Origin: Klebsiella phage KpCHEMY26
Length of the DNA stretch: 64,000 nt
Sequence record: MN163281.1
Direction: 5' to 3' (one strand)
Numbering within the stretch: position 1 is the first letter of the stretch; each line of letters starts with the position of its first letter. A model generated the notes under the pieces. That model saw only the letters and a list, made by a program, of their open reading frames with translations. It ran no database searches and was not told the DNA's origin. Positions 1 through 6,845 of this stretch are shown here, piece by piece. Position numbers and translations under genes: made by a program.

Positions 1-195
1 ACTTTGGTTAAAATTTATTTGTGTGAAGTAATACTACTATCAGACAAAATTATAAAAAAATCATAAACCCTCTTAAAAATATTTTAGATAGATAGCTAAC
101 CCTATGAGAACTAAAGCTACTATCATTAAAACTATATCTAACTCTCTCATATATACCTCTATAACTGTATAAGATTACATATTGACAGTGGTTAC

Positions 196-480
196 TTATT
201 CTTTATTATTCTTTTTAGATGTTTTATTTAATAAGTTCTTCTTACTGCTTAAGTCCATTCTATGGGACTTACCTACTTTGTTCTTCCTGATGATATCTTG
301 CATATAGACCTTGATAGCTTCTATGCCTCTATGCATACCAGCAGTAAAGTGTTCGTTGTTAGAGGTTCCTGCATACTGTATGTCGGAGATGCACTTTAGT
401 AGTTGTCTCTTGTAGTTGGCTCTACCCACTAACCAACCAAAGATAAAACCAAGAGATGAGAGTAAAATGAGTTCGTTCAT
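196..480 (-). CDS. hypothetical small membrane protein (94 aa)
   Basis: ORF with hydrophobic N-terminal segment; same strand as neighbouring genes; AT-rich phage-like codon usage. Confidence 0.35.
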   Translation of the reverse strand: MNELILLSSLGFIFGWLVGRANYKRQLLKCISDIQYAGTSNNEHFTAGMHRGIEAIKVYMQDIIRKNKVGKSHRMDLSSKKNLLNKTSKKNNKE

Positions 481-594
481 TGGATTGGTTCCTGTGAGGA
501 TGAGTGGAGATGATGAGAGATGAAATGGTTTATTGTAGAGTTGATTACTATTGGTTTAATTCTGGTTTATGAAATGGGGTACAGATAGTACCCC

Positions 595-837
595 TTAGTT
601 TATTAGCTTGGCTCTGTATCCGCTTAGTATGAAAGTGTCTTTGCCCCGGAGGCCGGAAGCATCAGAACCCTGTTCAGTACGTTGGACTTTCCGTAAGCAG
701 TATTCCTTTCTGGATAAGACCCATTCCATCTCAGAGGTTGTGAGTTCTCTGGAAGTAAGTAGGTCAGTCCATCTGGTAGCTGCTCTTCTCCAAAGCTTTC
801 TCTTTTCAAGAGATAGTGCGATAGGGTCGTTAACCAT
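595..837 (-). CDS. hypothetical protein (80 aa)
   Basis: One of three overlapping frames here; minus strand chosen for co-orientation with flanking genes; weak support. Confidence 0.3.
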   Translation of the reverse strand: MVNDPIALSLEKRKLWRRAATRWTDLLTSRELTTSEMEWVLSRKEYCLRKVQRTEQGSDASGLRGKDTFILSGYRAKLIN

Positions 838-966
838 AAGTTACCTGACTATACGTTTATGACAGCGGGAGCAGTAGTATACATGCTTAATCCCATGCGT
901 ATCATATAGCCTGTTTGTTAACCAAAGTCTGTGACCAATTAAACAACAAATCAGTCTTTTCATTGG

Positions 967-1278
967 TTAGATTTTTATGGTGTTACCACAACGACTACAG
1001 AATGCGCTGTTCTCATGAGCATCGACTATCTGTACATAGTTATGGTTTCCTGGTTCACACAGTTCTTGGGGCTGCCTATCTGAAATTGGTTTGATTTCTT
1101 CGAAGTTAATAGCGTATCCCCAACCAGTTTCCATTTGTACACCTGAACCAATCACATAGATTGCTTTATGTTCATAGTGAGCAACAATGTTGACTGGAGT
1201 AAGTTCACCACGTTCTTTGAAATTAACAGTGGTTCCGATTGCTGGAAGTACATTCATTTCTTTTGGCTCCTGAAGCAA
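967..1278 (-). CDS. hypothetical protein carrying copy 3 of a repeated ~55-aa domain; Cys-rich C-terminus
   Basis: Motif V-x-I-V-A-H-Y-E-H-K-A-I-Y-V-I-G-S-G recurs in the upstream ORF and at the C-terminus of the 430-aa protein; likely true start near 1257. Confidence 0.45.
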   Translation of the reverse strand: MLQEPKEMNVLPAIGTTVNFKERGELTPVNIVAHYEHKAIYVIGSGVQMETGWGYAINFEEIKPISDRQPQELCEPGNHNYVQIVDAHENSAFCSRCGNTIKI

Positions 1279-1433
1279 TAAGCTGTAGCCATATCTACAC
1301 GTTCAAATCCACCTGAAGTGTGATAGATGAATACAGCTTTGTCTTTGTAGTGGGCAATGATAGTGACCTCAATTGGATTGAGGCCATCAATAACAAACAG
1401 GGGTTTTGTATTAACTTCTGGAAGTTTAATCAT
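1254..1433 (-). CDS. hypothetical small protein, copy 2 of the repeated domain
   Basis: ATG at 1433 directly after the stop of the upstream gene; contains VTIIAHYKDKAVFIYHTSGGF motif; the longer ORF-track start overlaps the upstream gene. Confidence 0.4.
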   Translation of the reverse strand: MIKLPEVNTKPLFVIDGLNPIEVTIIAHYKDKAVFIYHTSGGFERVDMATAYCFRSQKK

Positions 1434-2718
1434 CTGAAGGCACCAGCAGAGATTGTTTAGCAACAAAGGTTTGAATATCACCCCATCTGTCTTTATAAGC
1501 ACAGATAGGTTCGCCTTCGAAGTATCCAACTAAAGTTACTTCAATGGAATCCCCTTCAACAAAGTACATGTACTTAGAAGAAGTTTGTTTAAGTTCAGAA
1601 AGAGATTCAGATACAAAAACAAGTTCTGATTGAGGTTCAGCTTTAGGTACAGCTTCACCTTTAAAGAACGTAATACCTGCTTCACTAAATACTTTAGATA
1701 CTTCTTCCAGTGGTTTGGTAGTACTGATAGTTACAGGAACTCCATCACGTACCTGTTCATATGTCTGCTTAGATTCATATAAACCTAAATTAGACATATT
1801 ACGTATAGCTTTGATACAGGCTACAGGCTGTTCTTTATCAACACCGACAATAGCAATCTGAATCTTTTCAGCTGCTTCAATTGGTTCAATCAGACGATAG
1901 TCGATGTTTTGTTTACGAGGAAAGTTTTCAGATTTAAAGAATCCTCTTTCATCACTCCTTTCACCAATAAAGGTAACTACATCACCAATGGTAATGTTGT
2001 GTTCATCCTTGATTTGCTGACCACGAACGATACCTTTGTCACCTTCTTTCCATTGGTCAGCTGGCTTAGTAGTCCAAGTAACTTTGCACTTTAATCCAGT
2101 ATCATTTGAAGATGATGATTGGTCTTCATCTGCTGAATAGCCATATACAAGGCATGAATCTGGACGATGATAAAAGGTTTCTCCTTTGACCTCTATGTAG
2201 AGGTCGCCATCTGCATCAATGAATTTAATGATGCCTTCAGTTCCAGCTTCGAATCCACTAACATTATTATGGAGAATACGAACTTTACGACCTTCTTTAG
2301 GTTCAAGATAATTGAGTTGACCTAAGTAGAAGTAACCAGATGTTGATTCATCATCCCTATCTTCAAATTCAAAAGAAGGACAGATAGAGCCGTCATCATG
2401 GGCTAGAGTAAGGATTGTACCTTCATCTGCATCTTCACTGTCATCATCACGATTCAGAATGAAGATATCACCTGGTTTAAAGCCGCGAGCTTGAGCAGGT
2501 GTCTTACCTTTGATAACAGGAGCTACGTTCTTTAACCAAAGATTCTGTAGTTCAGTGTCATCTTCATCATAGTCTTCTGTGTTTCTGAATGTTGGGCAAT
2601 GACTATTGTCATCTTCATGAAGCCATACTATTTCACTACTATCGAAGTCATCAGTGTCATCACAAACGATAAACTTCATGCCTTCGGTATAACCTAAATT
2701 TTCACATGGGGTAGTCAT
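1426..2718 (-). CDS. acidic hypothetical protein (430 aa); C-terminus carries copy 1 of the repeated domain
   Basis: Long ORF; ATG at 2718 preceded by AGGAGA RBS; the ORF-track N-terminal extension 2719-2847 runs through a terminator hairpin and is rejected. Confidence 0.6.
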   Translation of the reverse strand: MTTPCENLGYTEGMKFIVCDDTDDFDSSEIVWLHEDDNSHCPTFRNTEDYDEDDTELQNLWLKNVAPVIKGKTPAQARGFKPGDIFILNRDDDSEDADEGTILTLAHDDGSICPSFEFEDRDDESTSGYFYLGQLNYLEPKEGRKVRILHNNVSGFEAGTEGIIKFIDADGDLYIEVKGETFYHRPDSCLVYGYSADEDQSSSSNDTGLKCKVTWTTKPADQWKEGDKGIVRGQQIKDEHNITIGDVVTFIGERSDERGFFKSENFPRKQNIDYRLIEPIEAAEKIQIAIVGVDKEQPVACIKAIRNMSNLGLYESKQTYEQVRDGVPVTISTTKPLEEVSKVFSEAGITFFKGEAVPKAEPQSELVFVSESLSELKQTSSKYMYFVEGDSIEVTLVGYFEGEPICAYKDRWGDIQTFVAKQSLLVPSDD

Positions 2719-2804
2719 TGAATGTCTCCTACTAGCCTGAAGCGAAGCGCTCCGAGCGAACGTAGTGAGCGAAGGAAGCGCGTAAGCGTAAGGCGGGAAT
2801 TGGG

Positions 2805-2833
2805 AATAAAAAAGCCCCCGTGGGAGAGGGGGC
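2805..2833 (-). terminator. rho-independent terminator (minus strand)
   Basis: Minus-strand read: GCCCCC-TCTCCCAC-GGGGGC hairpin followed by TTTTTTATT. Confidence 0.7.
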
Positions 2834-3090
2834 AAAGGGTTTAGCAATACATGGTCGAGATGCAGCGAACATCTCTATAAATATACTAAGAAATATACTT
2901 ATAGAGTTATTCAGATTGGTTCCCCGTTTCTAATACACGGACGGGGACACTCCATGGTCGTTTGGTAATCAGGACGACTCACTCCTGACTAATGGTTATG
3001 CAATTAAGCAGCCATCAGAACAACATCATCGTTTGCATTTATGTTTTTGGTTCGTTTCTAAAAAACCGCATAATCGCATACGAAAACTAT

Positions 3091-3666
3091 CAAAGAGTGC
3101 ACTCACCCTGGTTTAGGAGTTGAACCTAATTGGGAAGTAGTTTACGAACATTTTTCACTTCTTTCGCGGTAACCACGATAAGTGTACTCATTGATAGGAT
3201 GTTGAGCTGGTTAGGCCAGCAACTCCCTGAGTTCGGTAACAGAGTTCTAGTACTCTGGTATCTCTAACTGTTAAGTCTTCGATACGTAACAGGCGCTGCC
3301 TGTATAGATACTCTATTGAAACTATGGCAGTTTCGGCGTTGTCTGGCGTAGGCCCCCACAACGGAAAGAGCACTCATTGCATCGACCAAACAGAATCGTC
3401 TTTTCGATTATGACTCTACTTTGACGGTTGCTCTGCTGCGCTAACCCAATGCTCTTACCTGTTGTGTGTTGTGACTACTAACCTCGGAACTCATTACCGC
3501 TCTTTGGCTTGACCTTTTTACAGGTTAGTGAGTGTTTTTCATCCGCCTGCACTCATTTTATTTGTTTTCATCACAACGAAAAGAGCACTGCCGCATTCCT
3601 CGTCTGGTAGGGTGCGGAGCTTTGTTAATCCAGTCAGTGCTCTTATCTGTTGTGTGCTGGTTTGAG
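3091..3666. repeat. noncoding region with recurring inverted 10-bp boxes (AAAGAGCACT / its complement AGTGCTCTT within TGCTCTTAYCTGTTGTGTG)
   Basis: Box AAAGAGCACT at about 3366 and 3580 (variant AAAGAGTGCACT about 3093); box GCTCTTA(C/T)CTGTTGTGTG at about 3451 and 3639; each pair is an inverted repeat 60-85 bp apart. Confidence 0.6.
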
Positions 3667-3721
3667 CAGAGCCAGCTTGCTATCCCAATCGCCGTAGTAG
3701 GAGTACGACAATCTGAGTTTA

Positions 3722-4330
3722 TTACTTACCGGTGTTGAGGACAACACCCTGACGCTTAGAATCAGCTTCAGCGATAGCCAGACGAGTTTCACGTTCAGCT
3801 TTAATCTGACCACGAGCTTCTTCCAGCTGTTCCATCAGAAGAGCAATGCGGTCGTCTTTCGCATTTGATTTGGCGGTCAGTTCGGCAGTCTGAATGCGAT
3901 GTGCTGCTTCAGCATCTTTCAGTTTCTGTTGGAATTCAGCAGCGCCTTTACGGAAGCCATTAGCTTCAGCTTCGGCAACAGCTTGGCTGTTATCAGCCAG
4001 AGCAGTTTCCAGATTACTTTCCAGTTCGTTAAGAACGGAAACTTTAACGTGGGCTAAGCCACGGCTTTGAAGCAGGTCGATGAGAACACCGTCTTCATCT
4101 TCCAATACGCGCAGACGCAGTTGAGCAGCGCTTTCACGGAATTTGTTGTCGAATTCGACATTCAGGTTGTCCAGTTGGGACTGTTTGAATTCGATATCGT
4201 CAGCCAGTTTGACAGTGCTTTCAGAAAGAGCAGACAGGTCAGAAGCGATTTTAGCCAGACCAGTAGTTGCTACAACCAGTGCTTTAGTTGAACGGTCAGC
4301 GACGGTAATGACTTTTTTAGTTTCAGACAT
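3722..4330 (-). CDS. coiled-coil Ala/Glu/Leu-rich protein (202 aa); host-like GC content
   Basis: ORF with about 50 percent GC against about 38-42 percent in surrounding phage genes; heptad-like composition; no recognised motif. Confidence 0.55.
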   Translation of the reverse strand: MSETKKVITVADRSTKALVVATTGLAKIASDLSALSESTVKLADDIEFKQSQLDNLNVEFDNKFRESAAQLRLRVLEDEDGVLIDLLQSRGLAHVKVSVLNELESNLETALADNSQAVAEAEANGFRKGAAEFQQKLKDAEAAHRIQTAELTAKSNAKDDRIALLMEQLEEARGQIKAERETRLAIAEADSKRQGVVLNTGK

Positions 4331-4500
4331 TTTGGTTTCTCTCAGATGTTATTTTGGAAAAATAGAAATGAAAAAAGCTAGTTTTGGTAACCCTGACTAG
4401 CAAGAACAGGGAGGCTTGGTAGACTTCTGAACTATAGCGCGTGGAGTTGATAGCTCCGTTCAGTCGTTTACTCAGGCATACCAGCGGGCTGCGCAGGTAT

Positions 4501-4683
4501 TCAGAAGCCAGGGAAGAAGAAAGCCATCAGCTTGTTATAGCCGTTGTCGATAAGCTCTTGCTTATGTGGACGGTCCATACGTTTAGCTACTCTGGACTTT
4601 ACTTCTTTCCGGCGATTACGGGACATTGATGCACGAAACTCCTGACGGTTTGGAGCCATCGGATTAACTTTTAAATAGCGCAT
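4501..4683 (-). CDS. small basic protein (60 aa), host-like GC
   Basis: Arg/Lys-rich ORF co-oriented with 3722-4330; GC-rich; competing plus-strand ORF 4441-4629 rejected. Confidence 0.35.
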   Translation of the reverse strand: MRYLKVNPMAPNRQEFRASMSRNRRKEVKSRVAKRMDRPHKQELIDNGYNKLMAFFFPGF

Positions 4684-4704
4684 TGGGATTTCCTTTAAGT
4701 TGAA

Positions 4705-4790
4705 TGGTGCGGGTAACGAGACTCGAACTCGTATGCGATTAAGCGAGGGATTTTAAATCCCTTGTGTCTACCAATTTCACCATACCCGCA
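4705..4790 (-). tRNA. tRNA-Leu (anticodon UAA), type II with long variable arm, CCA encoded
   Basis: Manual fold: acceptor TGCGGGT/ACCCGCA, anticodon arm AGGGA-TTTAAAA-TCCCT, long variable arm, T-arm GTTCGAGTC. Confidence 0.8.
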
Positions 4791-4791
4791 T

Positions 4792-4867
4792 TGGTGCTCA
4801 CTCACGGAATCGAACCGCGTCCATCCTGCTTACAAGGCAGGCGTTCACCCATATGAACTTAGCGAGC
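4792..4867 (-). tRNA. tRNA-Thr (anticodon UGU)
   Basis: Manual fold: acceptor GCTCGCT/AGTGAGC, anticodon arm CCTGC-CTTGTAA-GCAGG, T-loop TTCGATT, CCA encoded. Confidence 0.8.
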
Positions 4868-4868
4868 T

Positions 4869-4954
4869 TGGCGGATAGTATAGGATTCGAACCTATGAAC
4901 CGTTTCCAGTCTACTGATTAGCACTCAGCTGCATTACCACTCTGCCAACTATCC
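4869..4954 (-). tRNA. tRNA-Ser (anticodon GCU), type II
   Basis: Acceptor GGATAGT/ACTATCC, anticodon loop GTGCTAA, long variable arm, T-arm GGTTCGAATCC, CCA encoded. Confidence 0.7.
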
Positions 4955-4955
4955 T

Positions 4956-5031
4956 TGGTACATCCTACTGGATTCGAACCAGTGACCAATAGCTTAGAAG
5001 GCTACTGCTCTATCCACTGAGCTAAGGATGC
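4956..5031 (-). tRNA. tRNA-Arg (anticodon UCU)
   Basis: Acceptor GCATCCT/AGGATGT, D-arm TAGCTCAGTGGATAGAGC, anticodon loop CTTCTAA, T-arm GGTTCGAATCC, CCA encoded. Confidence 0.8.
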
Positions 5032-5198
5032 ATAGTACCCTCGTTTCGTCCAATGGTAAGGGTCCCCATCTTCGTGCGCATTGGCTGGACTACCAGTTAT
5101 TCATTTAATGATGCTGGATATAGGTAAGAAGCTTCTAACCTCAAGGAACATCAATAAACATACCGACCGGCCACGGATTGCAGAGTTACCTGCAAATA

Positions 5199-5274
5199 TG
5201 GCGATGAGATAGGGATTTGAACCCTAATATCACAGATTAACAGTCTGCCGCTTTACCGAGTTAGCTATCTCATC
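5199..5274 (-). tRNA. tRNA-Asn (anticodon GUU)
   Basis: Acceptor GATGAGA/TCTCATC, anticodon arm GCAGA-CTGTTAA-TCTGT, T-arm TAGGGTTCAAATCCCTA, CCA encoded. Confidence 0.75.
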
Positions 5275-5278
5275 AAAT

Positions 5279-5363
5279 TGGCGGAAGATAAAGGAATCGA
5301 ACCCTCACCGTTTCCGGTGGCGACAGATTTCAAGTCTGCTTGCTCCCATGAGCACTATCTTCC
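5279..5363 (-). tRNA. tRNA-Ser (anticodon UGA), type II
   Basis: Acceptor GGAAGAT/ATCTTCC, anticodon loop CTTGAAA, long variable arm GCCACCGGAAACGGTGAG, T-arm GGTTCGATTCC, CCA encoded. Confidence 0.75.
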
Positions 5364-5368
5364 TAAAT

Positions 5369-5800
5369 TGGTCTCCATACGAGGATTTGAACCTCGGACT
5401 TCAACTACGCATGTACTTCTCTATGGCAATTAGCACAAAGAAGAACACATTTACTAGTTTCGTAAAGGTATTTATCCCAACTCCTATTCAATGCTGAAGC
5501 TGGGTCATGCTCTTTATCGCCATCTGCATGATGCCATTCTAATGCACCACCAAATTTGTTATACCCGCAAATACTACATCCTAATGAAACTTTATGAGTA
5601 TGAGCCATTTTAGTAAGTAAGCGACTGCGCTGTTTATTTCTATCAAACCTACTCAAGCCATCAGGTAAACAGGTGTAACAAAACCTACGATTAGAGCCGC
5701 CAGAACCTTTACTAATTACCGTAAACTCTGCTGCGCAGTAGTCACAAACTTTCATTATTGGTCCCAAACCAGATGCTCTGCCAAACTGAGCTATACGGAG
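5369..5800 (-). pseudogene. tRNA-Pro (UGG) gene split by an HNH endonuclease ORF: 5' half 5768-5800, 3' half 5369-5400
   Basis: 5' part CTCCGTA-TA-GCTCAGTTTGGCAGAGC-A-TCTGG-TTTGGGA is a perfect acceptor/D-arm/anticodon loop; 3' part has T-arm CGAGGTTCAAATCCTCG, acceptor TATGGAG pairing with CTCCGTA, and CCA; the 3' anticodon stem is replaced by the HNH ORF start. Confidence 0.6.
5405..5755 (-). CDS. HNH homing endonuclease (about 116 aa)
   Basis: Motifs EWHHADGDKEHD and CANCHREVHA, plus N-terminal CxxC...CxxC zinc-binding cysteines; lies between the two halves of a tRNA-Pro gene. Confidence 0.8.
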   Translation of the reverse strand: MKVCDYCAAEFTVISKGSGGSNRRFCYTCLPDGLSRFDRNKQRSRLLTKMAHTHKVSLGCSICGYNKFGGALEWHHADGDKEHDPASALNRSWDKYLYETSKCVLLCANCHREVHA

Positions 5801-5897
5801 AAATTCTTATTAGTGGATTACTTATCATAAGGTAACACTGCCACCCGGCGAGGTTAGGTATGTGTTTAAAACAATAAGTAATCCCTGATAAGAACTT

Positions 5898-5985
5898 AAG
5901 ATGAGAGGAGATTCGAACTCCTGTCTTGTCTCCGTACCTCCTCTAGAGGTACAGGTAGTGCATTAGGCCGCTATGCTACTCATCT
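5898..5985 (-). tRNA. aberrant tRNA-like gene (88 nt), anticodon uncertain
   Basis: Canonical acceptor AGATGAG/CTCATCT, D-arm and T-arm AGGAGTTCGAATCTCCT; the interior holds a CCTCTAGAGG palindrome; the only 5-bp/7-nt anticodon fold (TACCT-CTAGAGG-AGGTA) is displaced 7 nt and would give an unusual AGA anticodon. Confidence 0.35.
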
Positions 5986-6125
5986 CTAAGTCTCTGGCTA
6001 TTCTTCCCAGCGTCAGTTGTCTGTTTCAACTGTCAATGTTTACTCTTCATCTGAGGCAGATACCCGCTCGCTTCGGGACTCACCTATTACCGCTCCCATT
6101 GGGATTCTGGTTTTCGGTTATTGTT

Positions 6126-6202
6126 TGGTTGTCTCAATTGGAATCGAACCAATGACCTCACCCTTATCAGGGGTGCGCTCTGGCCTACTGAGCTATGAGA
6201 CA
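6126..6202 (-). tRNA. tRNA-Ile (anticodon GAU)
   Basis: Acceptor TGTCTCA/TGAGACA, anticodon arm CACCC-CTGATAA-GGGTG, T-arm ATTGGTTCGATTCCAAT, CCA encoded. Confidence 0.8.
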
Positions 6203-6205
6203 ATT

Positions 6206-6280
6206 TGGTGGTTATGGCTGGATTTGAACCAACGTCCTTCCGATTATGGGTCGGGTGCTCAACCACTGAGCTACATAACC
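6206..6280 (-). tRNA. tRNA-Met (anticodon CAU; elongator-type acceptor, could be a lysidine Ile2 tRNA)
   Basis: Acceptor GGTTATG/CATAACC fully paired, anticodon loop CCCATAA, T-arm GTTGGTTCAAATCCAGC, CCA encoded. Confidence 0.75.
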
Positions 6281-6281
6281 T

Positions 6282-6365
6282 TGGTGTGAGTGGATGGATT
6301 CGAACCACCGCGCCTTTCAGAAGGGATTTACAGTCCCCCGCATTCGGCCTCTCTGCCACACTCAC
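6282..6365 (-). tRNA. tRNA-Tyr (anticodon GUA), type II
   Basis: Acceptor GTGAGTG/CACTCAC, anticodon arm GGGGA-CTGTAAA-TCCCT, long variable arm, T-arm GGTTCGAATCC, CCA encoded. Confidence 0.75.
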
Positions 6366-6371
6366 ATTGTT

Positions 6372-6448
6372 TGGTGGATTGTGAAGGACTCGAACCTTCG
6401 ACCCTCTGATTAAAAGTCAGATACTCTAACCAACTGAGTTAACAATCC
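6372..6448 (-). tRNA. tRNA-Lys (anticodon UUU)
   Basis: Acceptor GGATTGT/ACAATCC, D-arm ACTCAGTTGGTTAGAGT, anticodon arm TCTGA-CTTTTAA-TCAGA, T-arm GAAGGTTCGAGTCCTTC, CCA encoded. Confidence 0.85.
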
Positions 6449-6659
6449 TAAATACTTAATCGACTGATATCTTTTGGAGGACCACCCTCATTTCCTCCCA
6501 TTTCATCCGTCCGGCTCGGCTTAGTGGTACGTCACTCGGCTACTACTTGGTATGGGCCAACCCCACTCGAATTACCTTTCTGGATGTATGCCTACATCTG
6601 ATTTCATAGTTGCTGACAAAGATATCATGCGATTAAGCATTTCAATTTTTCCAAAGAAA

Positions 6660-6672
6660 GCACCGAAGGTGC
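6660..6672. promoter_or_regulatory. GC hairpin with 5-bp stem and 3-nt purine loop (GCACC-GAA-GGTGC) upstream of the minus-strand tRNA array
   Basis: Perfect 5-bp stem and 3-nt GAA loop on the strand that templates the minus-strand tRNA operon; this geometry matches N4 virion-RNAP hairpin promoters; it could equally be an RNA structural element. Confidence 0.3.
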
Positions 6673-6845
6673 TTAGAAGAGAGACGTACCATCTTTAACA
6701 AATGTTCGCAGCATAAGTTTAAGTTGTAGATTGGATAATGAGTCCGTTACAACCTAGTACGCCTCTCATCTAAGTATCTTCATTTCTCTGTGGGATTTAC
6801 TATATATTACTTATATTCTAATTGTAAACCGTCTTGGAGATAGAT

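Noticed and set aside
608-862. Plus-strand 84-aa ORF and minus 624-809 ORF overlapping 595-837
   Set aside because: Three mutually exclusive frames. Only the minus 595-837 frame is co-oriented with neighbours; even that call is weak.
2719-2847. N-terminal extension of ORF 1426-2847
   Set aside because: The extension runs through a strong terminator hairpin and GC-rich noncoding sequence. An in-frame ATG at 2718 has an AGGAGA RBS.
3188-3738. ORFs 3188-3373 (-) and 3532-3738 (+)
   Set aside because: Located in the repeat-rich noncoding region. They have no RBS, opposite orientations, and products with no protein-like composition; the region is better explained as regulatory or origin DNA.
4441-4629. 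Plus-strand 62-aa ORF
   Set aside because: Overlaps the co-oriented minus ORF 4501-4683 and is antisense to the local transcription direction.
5032-5198. Possible additional tRNA between tRNA-Arg and tRNA-Asn
   Set aside because: No acceptor/T-arm combination folds on either strand. Only an imperfect CCAATG...CATTGG inverted repeat is present; it may be a decayed tRNA remnant.
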